Shown in pieces: positions 23,790 to 36,131 of a stretch of DNA of 39,166 bases (its first letter is position 1; each line of letters opens with the position of its first letter). The translations under genes were made by a program, and so were the position numbers. Source of the stretch: Octopus bimaculoides (lineage: Eukaryota); contig NC_068982.1 of assembly GCF_001194135.2 (NCBI RefSeq), positions 142,770,726 through 142,809,891 of the forward strand, read 5' to 3'. The notes below the pieces were generated by a model. It was not told where the DNA came from. It did no database searches and saw only the letters and a list, made by a program, of their open reading frames with translations.

Positions 23790-24390
23790 CAGTGGACATT
23801 ATAATTGTGATGGGAGAAGCCGATATGAGTGGGAGTGGAGATTGAATGAGTCCAGCCTGTTCCGAAAGGCAGCAACCATTGTAACTGTAGTAAAAGAAGT
23901 CAGTCTGCGTACAGCAGGAGCAGTAGATTAGAAAGCCATACTTCTTGTATGCCAAATACAAGTGTTATACAGTATCAATAGTTTAGGCTGGGATGAATTA
24001 TCTCATGGATACAAAAATATAGACCAGAGTTGTTATCATAGATATGGCATGATTGTGCTTTCACCGGAAACGATTCACGCTGATAGTGAGACGGATGAAT
24101 CGGAGCAATTGTGAGGGACTTAGATGTGTCGTTCTTACGATTAAATGGGGTGATGTACGTTTCTTCCTCTTACGGCACAAGATTCGCTAACCCAAATGAA
24201 ATACATTTTAGAGGTCTCTGCTCTAGAGGTGTGGGTTCGGTTTGTTGTGCCAAGGTTGTGAGGGGTTGGTACAGGGTTAGGAAAATGTTAGGTTGGAATA
24301 AATATAGTTTTATGCGTAAAAGTGGGTGTTGCTGGATGGCACAGTATATTCTTTTACAGTAAGAACAGAACTGAGTCAAATCCAATCCAC
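23790..24390 (-). pseudogene. Highly decayed CR1/L2-like LINE reverse-transcriptase C-terminal remnant
   Basis: Minus-strand pieces occur in the expected order across several frames: FQPNIFLTLY...P.LE, LYFCIHEIIH, TDFFY, AAFRNRLDSFNL. These resemble the CR1 motifs LY..VRP.LEY, DL..YKIIH, FF..RV and FK.RLD. Confidence 0.4.
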
Positions 24391-24832
24391 GCCAGAAGAG
24401 ACTACATCGCCGCTATAGGTACATCGGTCAACTTATATCGGAATAATGCGATCTTATAAAGATCGAAAAATCCATGAATGAGGGAAAAGATGGGGCCCAT
24501 GGGCGAAGTATTTCGATTGAAAATTCACATGCTGAACATATTGTTGTATAAAGCAACGTAACTTACAGCAAATTTCTCCAGGAGAATCTCTAAATGGATT
24601 TTAGCGGACGAAACCTAAACCACTTGTGGAATTGGCATCACGGAAACTGTATTGCATGCATGTATACATACCTCTTTTTTCACATGTGCATGTATTTATC
24701 TCCACAAACACACATACACACACGCACAGATATGTATATCATAGTCCGTATCAATCTCTACGAAAGCGGTTTATTGTGCTATTAGCAAAATAGTTAACTG
24801 TATTTATATTATATATTAACTAACACGCATGC

Positions 24833-24878
<46 letters not shown>

Positions 24879-24939
24879 ATCTATCTATCTATCCATCCAT
24901 TCATATATGTGTGTGTATGTGTGTGTATGTGTGTGTGTA

Positions 24940-25004
<65 letters not shown>
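24833..25004. repeat. Compound microsatellite (CT)n(CTAT)n...(GT)n
   Basis: Directly visible. Similar tracts lie at 1-35, 2421-2470, 11667-11785, 16125-16182, 28875-28972, 35331-35442, 37290-37337 and 39095-39166. Confidence 0.95.
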
Positions 25005-25006
<2 letters not shown>

Positions 25007-25679
25007 GTTACTTTTTTGTTATACAGTATCGGTTTTATGTTGGAAAGACCGTTAAAACATCGGAAACACGTTTGCCTTATCTAGAAACGCTAACTTGATG
25101 GTGAGGTTAATATAAATATTGTTAATATTGCGTGAACCTTAGACGTGTATAGAGACATATCTTTTATTGAAAATTAATTTAGCATGTCAAAATTTAAAAT
25201 GTTACCATAAATATTTACAGAAATATCGATAATTGTAAATAATATTTTCTTGGAATAAAAGGAAATTATATCTGAAACAATCAATACTTGTATGTGTTCC
25301 ATCATTAAAATGGTTTGGTTGGGTTGCACATGCCAAAACGATTCAATGTATTCTCGAAACTTCTTGTCTACGATAGCTTTAATAATTCCTACATTTTGTT
25401 TCCATTTCACCACAGCAGAAACTTTATTCCATTAATGTTAGTACTAATAGTAACGCACACATTCTTTTTTCTAGTATATAAACTATATGTGACATTAAAA
25501 GTCGAACAATGATAATATAAAATATTGATGTAACCACTGAGAGCCATTATATTTTTCTACGATGTTCAATTGAAAAAATTTCCGAAGAAAATAGCAATAA
25601 GACTAACTTTGGATTCAAGCCATCATATGAAATGAAGATGTGTAGTTTATTCTACGATCCCCACAGCCAACGAGAAAGA

Positions 25680-25745
25680 CTTAACCTACGCGCCCCGACC
25701 TGCTAGAAATAAAGCCAAATGTCTCTCTATTCAATCACACCCACA
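25680..25745 (+). repeat. Family C fragment
   Basis: gacctgctagaaataaagccaaatgtctctctattcaatcacaccc is the best-preserved copy of the family motif. Confidence 0.55.
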
Positions 25746-26875
25746 ATTCGAACTCGGTGTACTCAATTGAAATAACATTAAATTAAAATAGCCATTTATG
25801 TATTATACTCAATATCTGCGCGCTGTTGAAAAACAGCAGTGTCTTATACAGAATCATACAGTGTATCGTACTTGTTAATATGCATGATGGCGCAGCTTTC
25901 CCGCCATAGAAAATATATTTGTAGAGATGCTGTGTTAAAAACAAAACATATAGAAGCGAGCACAGTGTATCTACGTAGAAATAGAAAAAAAAGCGCCATG
26001 CCTGTAAACAATATATATACGTTAAGTACGATGCATGACAAGCTATTTTACGCCCATCATTATTACAAAGGAAATGTTTATCCAGAATTCTATAAAACAT
26101 TATGATATTGGATAAACTAGCCATTGTTAGGAAGTGGTCAACAAGGCTGCTCATCATATAACTGTGTAGAATTAGGATTAATGTAAATTTAAACTTTAAT
26201 AACTAAATTTGGAGAAAATTCCACTGTTTAGCAGCCATTCCGCAAGTTCCGAAACAAAGAATATAGATTTATACTAATAGTTTATATTACTAGGTAACAT
26301 TTATTTTATTGTTTCGTATCTTTACAAGACTTGTTTAATATATATATTAGAACTTAATAATAATGTTACACCAATATAAACATAATCCACGTCTTATTTT
26401 GATTTGATGTCAAGGCAAAGATCTCTCTTACTTCAAAATACAAATTTCTAATGAATGCAGCTGAACCTGGAAATTGTAAGTTGTAACTAATAGAATGCTA
26501 TATTCCCCAACTGCAATGTCACAGTGAGACAACAATCGGGTGACCTATCCAAAGATTATTCTGATCAGGTTTATATGAAATATCAGCAATTGTAATTTTC
26601 GCAACGTCTTATTCCTCCAGTTATGAACGTTTTCCAAATAAGAGAGGTTTAATACCGTCCGTCATCTATGTTGTTGCAGAGGTTGCTACTACGAGATTGT
26701 AGACAATAACTTGTGGTCTGTAAAGTTTTCCATACTTAGTTTCACTTTATAAGTACGAGGCCCATGCAAATTCTTGTATCTTTAATGTGTGTTTAATAAT
26801 CTTTATGCAATTCATAATTACCCAAAATACACGTTTTCATTAGAATAATCATTTCCTAATCCTTTTTTGATTTAT

Positions 26876-26914
<39 letters not shown>

Positions 26915-27911
26915 TGACCATTAACTGCATCATTTAAAATAAAATAAAATAAAACCCTAAAAGCATTTTCTGAGATGTGATTTTCCTGTTACGTGATACA
27001 ACTTCCTGTTAATCTGTTGCCTATTCAGCTAATCTATACCTCCAGTGCCTTATGATAATCTAACATCAATGAAACGGTAGAATCGCTCGTTTATTGCGAT
27101 GAAATGAACACATTAGCGTTACTGCTTTATACATAAAATTACTAATATGAGAAAGGATAATTTAAATATGATTTCGTACCTGAACAAGATTAATTGATTG
27201 ATCATTATTAATGTACTTCGAATTCAATAGATAGTAATACCCCACAGGAATTAAAGTCGGAATGACCAAGAAATGTTAAGCTAATAATATTGAGAATTTG
27301 AACAAAATGAAGAAAGTGTTTCATATTTATCTCAAGGAAATCTGAGCTGACAATATTTTGAAATGACAAGGACGGTCAGAAGACACTCAACAAGGCCTCG
27401 TTTAGATCCTGCATTGAAATAATATAGAATGCCACACGCACTTATATATATATATATATAACATACGCACACAAGACCTTTAACATTATTATTAATCTGT
27501 TAGAAAATGAAATAATCTTACATTGTATCCAGGATATAACACTTCCTCCAGATCTTGTTTAGCTCTCAATGAAATATTTCAACATTACTACCTCATCACA
27601 ATCTTCGAAAGCACTGACGTTGCTTTCAAAACATTTAGAAAATTTCCCAGCAAATCAAAATATTGCAAAAAGCCAAAGAAACGAGACGTTCTCTGGAGAC
27701 ATAATTGGATGGAAATCGATAATTGTAATCTTTTAGTCACTATATGCAATCAATACCATTGTCTGTCGGGGTTTACTTTAACTCTAACTTTCTCGTAGTC
27801 AAGAGAAAATCTAGAAATGAATTGGTAAATACTCAGCTTGACATACCCCACCAAATCATAAACGAAGGTTTTTCACTCCATAGGATAAGAAATTGGGCGT
27901 ATTATCCATTT

Positions 27912-28330
27912 CATTTTTAGCCACAGCTCAGAGGGGATCAAGTCGATCTATGGAGGAAAGCATTTCCCTCGCGACCGTATTGTCTCATGAAAACCATGTG
28001 GATCTACATGAACAAAACCTTTCTCGCCTTAATATGATTGGGTATGTGTTAGTGGGCATTTGATAGTGATTTCTAGAAAGTCAAATTCCTTATTGGTGGT
28101 TGCGGTGATTTTGTTAATGGTAATATATTTAGCTCCGTGTCAGCCATGTCGAGCAGATCTATCATGTCAGGTTTTCCAACTATGAACAATCCATTTTATT
28201 ACATTTTTTTTTTTATCCGGACACATTATATCAAGAAATGTAATGATCAGAATCTTATTGAATTGTGTCAGATGGTAGTATTTGTTCAGAGCGAATTTGA
28301 CTGATCCTTCGTTGTCTCTTACGATCAGTT
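27912..28330 (-). repeat. Two adjacent degenerate family C copies (about 27912-28090 and 28120-28330)
   Basis: tttagccacagctcagaggggatcaagtcgatctatg and tttagctccgtgtcagccatgtcgagcagatctatc both match the reverse-complemented family tail. Confidence 0.5.
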
Positions 28331-28873
28331 TCGTAGCTAAATCATTTCTTCGTATTTCTGAATATTTGAAATTTAATAGTAATCACATCATCGCTTCAGG
28401 TAATAGACGTATACCAGCAAAACATGTTATTAACAGTGTACGTTGTAAATTAATCTTCCTTGTTTACAAATTATCTTTCAACCGCATGGACATTCCAGTA
28501 AGTTTATTTGACTGAACGGCGCATATCTTAAATAAATTATTGTGTTGAGAGGTTTCGGATTGCATTCATTCTATTTTGATTTTAAAATTGAGTTCATTCT
28601 TCGAGTGATGCCTGTCATTTCAAATTATAAAACGGAAAACGTAATCCACTATCACTATTTACGTTAATGATATTTACTCTGAAACTAAACTACATACTGA
28701 AATCATACTCAAATGAAGAATTTTTCATTTTAATCGGCATCGAGTACCTTATTCGAGTTGTAAAATGTCTTCAAACTTACTATACAAAACGCTATAAAAA
28801 TATAATAGAGACATAGTTACGTGACGTACGTACATACATGCATAGGTAGATAGGTACGTAGGTAAGTAGGAAT

Positions 28874-28874
<1 letters not shown>

Positions 28875-28910
<36 letters not shown>

Positions 28911-28972
28911 TAGACAGACATACAGACATACAGATAGATAGATAGAGAGATAGATAGATAGATAGATAGATA
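28875..28972. repeat. (ACAG)n(ATAG)n tetranucleotide microsatellite
   Basis: Directly visible. Confidence 0.95.
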
Positions 28973-29338
28973 ATTTGATGTAGTTTATGAAACACAACAT
29001 TTAACTAATCTCCGGTTATATTTCAAAAGATCTACATGTAAAGAGAAACTGCGCTAAAAGCCTCAATTAAACTCCATTCTGGTACTATCAATACGGAGTT
29101 ATATTATATGAATATAAGACGAATGTGGAGATAATCTTTTTTACGTTTATTCAAAACATGTTCAACACGTTTCATTAACAATTATACTTATTCTATAAGG
29201 AGAGAAAAAATTCTTACAAACACATTACCACGTAGTCAAATCCTTAGAAACTGCATAACTTTAATCTTAAGTAACGGACTGTGCTGTAGTACCAACAATC
29301 ATTATTTTTGTTAATAGTATATCACTCTTAAATGATTG

Positions 29339-29374
<36 letters not shown>

Positions 29375-29779
29375 ATTTGTTTTGCGGTTTGTGAATGCAC
29401 CTGAATATAAAAACGTGTAGTCGCTTTTAAATTTTGTAATAGATTTATTCAAAAACCAGACTGGTTTCGACCATTTTTTGCCTATCAATGACGCAAATAT
29501 ATAAATAAATGGTTTAGGAGAATTTAAAGTTACAAGATAAAACTTGGACAAACATGTTTAACCGATCGAATGTCCAAATGTTTAAAGAAATTTCAATGAG
29601 TTTCACAGGAATAGAATGTAATATCAATGTAAATGTTTGGAGAATATGATAACAACTGTACATTATTGAAAGTTCAGTCATAATGAGTATTTATAACAAA
29701 AAAAATTAAAGTGGAGACTGGAGACGAAAAGAGAAAAAAAGTAGAGAGAAAGAAAAAAGATTAAAAAGATAAGGTTTTT

Positions 29780-29818
<39 letters not shown>

Positions 29819-31670
29819 AAAGAGAGAGAGAGAGATTCAGGTGGATATGGTACTTAAGTTGAGGCACCAGAATTTAGTACGTTATTATCCATGCAATTTC
29901 AAAGTAAGGTAATTGAAATCAAAATAAGCAACAAGGATATCCAGTGGTAATGCATTACGATCGTTTCATGCAACTCCACTTAATTGAAAAATGTAATCAT
30001 TTCATCAATTTAAAGTGCAGAGCAATCCTCAGCTGCACAAAGACAGAATTTAATTAAATTAGAACAGATGGACACATTAGTATAATAATACCTAAAATTT
30101 CCAAGAAGTTAAGGAGATAGACAAAGAATATGTTGCCTCTACTACAGCATAGAAGTTAATAAATAAATTGTCAAGAAGACTCTGCCTGTCACTGATTTTA
30201 TTGGTTTTTATGGGGTCAGTTTTTATTTATAGACTAGTTTATCAAAACTTGTATATCTATCTGTTGCTTATTTTGATTATATATATATATATATATATGT
30301 ACTCTAGAGATACAATACATTTGAATGTACCGACAGCACGCTGCCACCAGATGCTGTAACACAAGTATAAAATTAAATTTGGAATTGAATCACTCACAGT
30401 TCTCTTGTTGACGTCAATTCACATGTTTAAAACTGAACTATTCCAAGCTCATTTATCTGGCGACTTTAAAAGGTAATGAGTACCATTTATTGTTCTGTGA
30501 ATAACGAATGAATAACAGTTATAGTTTATAATATCTCCACCTGTTTGACTTTCCCTAGATACATTACATAAATGCGAACCTTTCTTTTGTATTCCCAGTT
30601 TTGGGTCTCATTATCATCAGCGCATATCGAAATTAGCAGGTTTGTTTTCGTAACTAAGATAATATCACTGTAAGTTTCAATTATGTTCAATTTATTGTGG
30701 ATGTGATTTTGTTTTTAATTTTCTTTTGCTTCCTTCATTAAGAATAAACATTATTTATAGACGAAGGATATAATTGACTTGCGTCAAGCATTCTCTTTGT
30801 TTCCAGTTTGAATAAACGATACTGAATAGAGTTTTTACTCTCTTATCATACCAAATATTTTTTAAATTAAATATTTCTCTAGTTTGCTGTTGAGGATAAA
30901 TTAGTTGTTTTGTTGTTATGTTTTACCCTCTTTTATTACTACGAAATAAGTTTGAGACTAACGTCATTTTTATATTCATCCTGTCTTGTTCTCTTATTTG
31001 CCTCAGTTATAGCCGCAAGCAGGTATTGTCTCTATTTTTTATTTCTTGACAACAGTAAATCATGAAAGACCAATAAAAAGTATAACAAGAATCAATGATA
31101 CAGACAATGTAAAATAGAAGAAAGAGTCTTTTCTTTTTTCTTTCAAATAATTTGCAGCCTGAAATAGAATTGGCAGCTTCTTAAATTCATGTTTAAAAAC
31201 ACTATTTATTGCCGTATAAATATTTTATAGCACAAAGCTAGCCACTCGTTATGAGAACAAAACATTATTTTTTGGACGTAGAAATAAATTATTAATATTA
31301 ATCTGTAAAAGTCTATAAGTTTCATGTTTTTCTTTTTTACCTTCTACTTGCTAGTTATCGCATCATAGTTATTATTGTTTATTAACTCAAAAATCTTTCT
31401 TACCAATCGTATTATTAGAACGGAAATATCTATGAAATACTAATTCGAAATTTGAAATATTTTGAATTAACTTTTTAGTAACTAAAATGATTAAAAATAA
31501 AGATTGTACCTCCTTATATCTTTAAATGTTTGTTTCGCTGAAACTATACAACTGAAATCACAGCAGGCTGGTTTCGAATTTAATGGTAATCATAGTTTCT
31601 ATACCGGAAAGACATTTTGCAATGTCTTGAGATGATTATTACACTGATATTATTAACACATGCACAATAC

Positions 31671-32118
31671 GACGGCGGGTTTGGCAGAATCGTTAGCACG
31701 TCGGACGAAATGCTTTGTGGTATTTTGTCTATCACTACGTTGAGTTCAAATTCCACCAGTGTTGACTTTGCCTTTCATCATTTCGAGGTCTATAAAAGAA
31801 GTACCAGTGAAACACTAGGGTCGATGTAATCGACTTGTTCTCTCCCCACACATTCAGGCCTTGTGCCTATAAGAGAAAGGATTAACACACGCATTAAGGC
31901 GGCGAGCTGGCAGAATCGTTAGTACGCTGGTTGAAATGTTTAGCGGTATTTCGCACGACGCCACCATCCGAGTTCAAATTCTGCCAAAGTCGATTTTGCC
32001 TTTCATCCTTTCGGGGTCAATAAAATAAGTTCCAGTTGAACACTAGGGTCATTGTAACACATTCATCCCCACCGCTTCCAAGCTGCACTTGTGGCAAAAT
32101 TTTGAAACGATTATTAAC
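31671..32118 (+). mobile_element. SINE B dimer (31671-31885 tail type 2; 31898-32118 tail type 3)
   Basis: Heads gacggcgggtttggcagaatcg and ggcggcgagctggcagaatcg, B-boxes gagttcaaattc, shared body. Confidence 0.85.
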
Positions 32119-32799
32119 ACACATATTGGTTAAATATAACATCGTTAGTGTTACTCGATCAAGAATCTTGCAAGTCAACTACAAAAGCAAAGAAGAATGT
32201 TGTAAAATTTTCAGATATTTTTATGGTTATAAACCAATAAATGAACTATAAATTGTAACATAAAAGCCCTTGTACCACAGCAGTCATTGACTATTCACTG
32301 GTGAGGTTAATCTAACACAACTGTAATATGAAGATATTGAAATATTGAAATATTAGTTTCTTGTATTTAATGCTTTCTTTTTAATTACTTCCTTTTTTTC
32401 TGTCGTTTACTTGTTAATACACTGTGGCTATGCTGGGACACATCTTTGAAGAGTTCAGTACAACAAATTAGCCCCAGTATTTATGTTTTCTTGAATTACA
32501 ATGTTACAAAACTTAAACAAACCAATACAGGTTATGGGTGGTCTGAACAAACAGCAACACACACTCACACATACACACTCACACACACACATACGCGCNN
32601 NNNNNNNNNNNNNNNNNNNNNNNNNNNNNNNNNNNNNNNNNNNNNNNNNNNNNNNNNNNNNNNNNNNNNNNNNNNNNNNNNNNNNNNNNNNNNNNNNNNN
32701 NNNNNNNNNNNNNNNNNNNNNNNNNNNNNNNNNNNNNNNNNNNNNNNNNNNNNNNNNNNNNNNNNNNNNNNNNNNNNNNNNNNNNNNNNNNNNNATCTA

Positions 32800-32935
32800 A
32801 AGAAAAGATGGGTGTGTAAACGACAAACAGATGTATTAGTTTAACGCTCGGGAAGTGAGAAAGTCTTTTACGTTTCGAGCCTACGCTCTTCGACAGAAAG
32901 GAACACAGAAATAAGCAGAGAGAAAATAAAAAAAA
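32800..32935 (-). mobile_element. Penelope-like terminal repeat with a minimal hammerhead-like motif at 32865-32900
   Basis: The minus strand reads CTTT-CTGTCGA-A-GAGC-gtag-GCTC-GAAA-C-GTA-AAAG. Confidence 0.6.
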
Positions 32936-32967
32936 AGGTTTAGTGGCTTTGCGGATAACCAAATTGT

Positions 32968-33073
32968 GCATAAAATATATAGGGTGTATTATCTCCGCAT
33001 TTCGCACGGGAGACCGGAGTTCGTTTCTCCGCCTGTGAAGCAGGAAACCGGAGTCTGATTCCCCGCCAGAGAG
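32968..33073 (+). pseudogene. tRNA-Asp(GTC)-derived pseudogene or SINE head, 3' half duplicated in tandem
   Basis: tatagggtgtattatctccgcatttcgcacgggagaccggagttcgtttctccgc followed by ctgtgaagcaggaaaccggagtctgattccccgccagagag. Both align to metazoan tRNA-Asp (TATAGTGGT.AGTATCCCCGCCTGTCACGCGGGAGACCGGGGTTCGATTCCCCGACGGGGAG). The anticodon is mutated in both. Confidence 0.65.
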
Positions 33074-33087
33074 TCTCATACATTTTA

Positions 33088-33150
33088 AAGCGGTTCTCCA
33101 GCATGGCCACAGTCAAATGGTTGAAACAAGTAAAAATATAAAAGAATAAG
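33088..33150 (+). mobile_element. SINE A-type 3' tail
   Basis: aaagcggttctccagcatggccacagtcaaatggttgaaacaagtaaaaat shares the tgaaacaagtaaaa ending with the copy at 1387-1770. Confidence 0.65.
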
Positions 33151-34924
33151 TAAATATTGTATTCCTGTCTCCACTTTTCAATGAGTTGCTGATGAGCGAC
33201 TACCTTTCCATACAGACATAACACAGACCACGCTCTCAACGTTTTGGGATAAAGTTTTCAAAAATAATCTTACACGTTTACCATTAATTCCATAAAATAT
33301 CCACGGGTTCCGATAGTATAAAATAAACATACATACGCACATGTACGCATATGGATTGTGTATATGTACACACACATACACACAATGTATATGTATATAA
33401 GCTTGTTGAAATGGTGTATGCATCCATGGATCAATCCATCGATGTTACAATTTCTGAGTTTTCAAATGTTCGATCTATTGAAGGGCTCACTCATTGATTA
33501 ATGTTTAAGTGGCGGCGCATTTCACAACACGTGTTCACTTTACTATTCATGCACAACCAACGTAAACCAGCTTGTGGTTGGGTCTTTTAATTGCATTTGC
33601 AGTCTGACACACTTCCTCTTTCCGACTAAGCAATTCAACTCAAAACGACTGGGTCGACTTTAAATCCTCTAACTAAAACACCAACTTTTTAACCATTTGA
33701 GTATAGCAGCTACACATATTCGTAAACACGCGTATCTGCATATATGCCTGTGCGCGAGGCAACAAACTCTCGTTCCTGAGTCTCTTTTGTAACTATCTGG
33801 CAATCGAATTAAATGTATATTCATGTATTGGGTTCCATTTTTACTCTTTGTGCTCCAAATCTCTCCCGCTCACTCACACACGCACGCACGGGCGTACACA
33901 CACACGCGCACCAATATATATAGAATGTATGTTGATCTATCAATCTAGATAGATAAATAATGTTTAAGACAAATCATGTCACGACGCTATTGCGGGCAAC
34001 CATTGAAAACATTATCGCTTGCACATAGGAACTTTTGTTTCGTCTAATGAAATTATCTCTATAAACATTTCACTGCATGTCTCTTTATGGCACGCTTAAA
34101 GAGCGAAGCCAGAGAAGTATTTTCCGTCTTTTTTTTAATTTTAAATATTTATATTTTTATGCAATTAGTAATTAAGGAATATAATTTCTAAACAACATAT
34201 AGACCCTTCGCATAGAGAAGTTAATTATTAAACTCATTATGGAATGATGGGATTTATTGGTAAAAATTTGAGCATAAATAACACCACGTTAATTATGTGC
34301 ATGGAAAGCCTAATTGGAGAGAAAAATATAAACAGGATTTATTACAATGAATTCAATGGAAATAATCAAAATCTCGTGGTACAACATATAAGGTAGGATG
34401 TTCCCAATAGCTCAGCAGCTAACAATTAAAATACAACCAGTAGTATACTGGATTTAGTGATATTGTCATTTATTCTATGTAGCGTGCTAACATATCTCTG
34501 TTAATTTAATCCTGCTCACACGGATAATGCACAATCATTGCTACTGTAGCTAAAACAAGGAAATCACAATGTTGCAAATTTCCAATACTAAACAGTTTAT
34601 ATAGTTTGTATTGTAGACATGATATTGGAAGTTTAGGTAAAGTACGTTTGAGACAATAATGTTGTTGTACAATGAAATACAAATTGAAACAATCTACAAT
34701 TTCATATCCGTAAAAATACCAGAATGTAGACTTAAACTAGTTATATGACGTTTGGAATCAAAGCTTATAGAATTCCATCCGATGGAATGATTGTATATTT
34801 AAAATAATAGAAGAAAGCCTTTAGCAAGTATTACATGGAAATCTTTAAAAAGAATGTGCACGCACACACACTAACACATACATACATACATACATACACA
34901 CATATGTCTTTATAAATGTATTTT

Positions 34925-35150
34925 CATAGTGAACCCACACACACGTTTTCTTGTTGTAGTTAACCATCCGATATGGCGGCTCCCGCTGTTGATGTTTTCT
35001 TCAAGTCTTGCTTTCCGTCTGGGTTGTTTCCGTTTAGTAATTTCGTTACTTTCTTCACTGTAGATTTCTCCTATGTGTTTTTTAAGAGTATTAGCGGCTG
35101 TGTATACAAGAGTATTAGTATTCTAGTAGTTAACATCACATGATTCCATG
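34925..35150 (-). pseudogene. R4/Dong-like (restriction-like-endonuclease) non-LTR retrotransposon ORF N-terminal fragment
   Basis: The minus strand translates MESCDVNY*NTNTLVYTAANTLKKHIGEIYSEESNEITKRKQPRRKARLEENINSGSRHIGWLTTTRKR, matching the recalled R4/Dong motif N.LIY.AA....LG...P.WK.RLE..I..LR..IG.L. Confidence 0.55.
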
Positions 35151-35347
35151 TATATATGTATGTATAAAATTAATAGCGACAGAAACAATATTAATTCCAA
35201 ACGTTAAGCGCGTTCTCCAACTCAGCGTGGAGGTTCTGCCAAGGTAAATACCGCAGTATTCTGTGTTGTAATATAATACCCACGTTACGTTGGGGAGTCA
35301 AGATTACGTTACATATATATGTGTGTGTGAGTGTACACACACACACT

Positions 35348-35378
<31 letters not shown>

Positions 35379-36003
35379 ACGCACACACACACACATACAC
35401 ACACACACACACACACCACACACACACACACACATATATATANNNNNNNNNNNNNNNNNNNNNNNNNNNNNNNNNNNNNNNNNNNNNNNNNNNNNNNNNN
35501 NNNNNNNNNNNNNNNNNNNNNNNNNNNNNNNNNNNNNNNNNNNNNNNNNNNNNNNNNNNNNNNNNNNNNNNNNNNNNNNNNNNNNNNNNNNNNNNNNNNN
35601 NNNNNNNNNNNNNNNNNNNNNNNNNNNNNNNNNNNNNNNNNNNNNNNNNNNNNNNNNNNNNNNNNNNNNNNNNNNNNNNNNNNNNNNNNNNNNNNNNNNN
35701 NNNNNNNNNNNNNNNNNNNNNNNNNNNNNNNNNNNNNNNNNNNNNNNNNNNNNNNNNNNNNNNNNNNNNNNNNNNNNNNNNNNNNNNNNNNNNNNNNNNN
35801 NNNNNNNNNNNNNNNNNNNNNNNNNNNNNNNNNNNNNNNNNNNNNNNNNNNNNNNNNNNNNNNNNNNNNNNNNNNNNNNNNNNNNNNNNNNNNNNNNNNN
35901 NNNNNNNNNNNNNNNNNNNNNNNNNNNNNNNNNNNNNNNNNNNNNNNNNNNNNNNNNNNNNNNNNNNNNNNNNNNNNNNNNNNNNNNNNNNNNNNNNNNN
36001 NNN

Positions 36004-36038
<35 letters not shown>

Positions 36039-36131
36039 ATTTAAAGATATATAAGAATTTATCATGTAGTTAGTATGAAAAACCTCATAAAGGAAAAATT
36101 TGTTAAATATATTCCCTTTAAATATATTTAT

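Noticed and set aside
26600-26750. Acceptor-like ttattcctccAG with a Cys-rich frame
   Set aside because: The Cys-rich frame has stops right after the acceptor, and there is no convincing donor.
30400-30472. Possible 73-nt exon (open frame LLLTSIHMFKTELFQAHLSGDFK, donor AAG|GTAATG)
   Set aside because: The acceptor lacks a polypyrimidine tract and there are no partner exons.
32968-33031. Functional tRNA-Asp gene
   Set aside because: The anticodon, acceptor stem and T-loop are mutated and the 3' half is duplicated.
34973-35143. Plus-strand MAAPAVDV... start with a YY1-like ATGGCGG
   Set aside because: Better explained as the antisense of the R4/Dong-like fragment.
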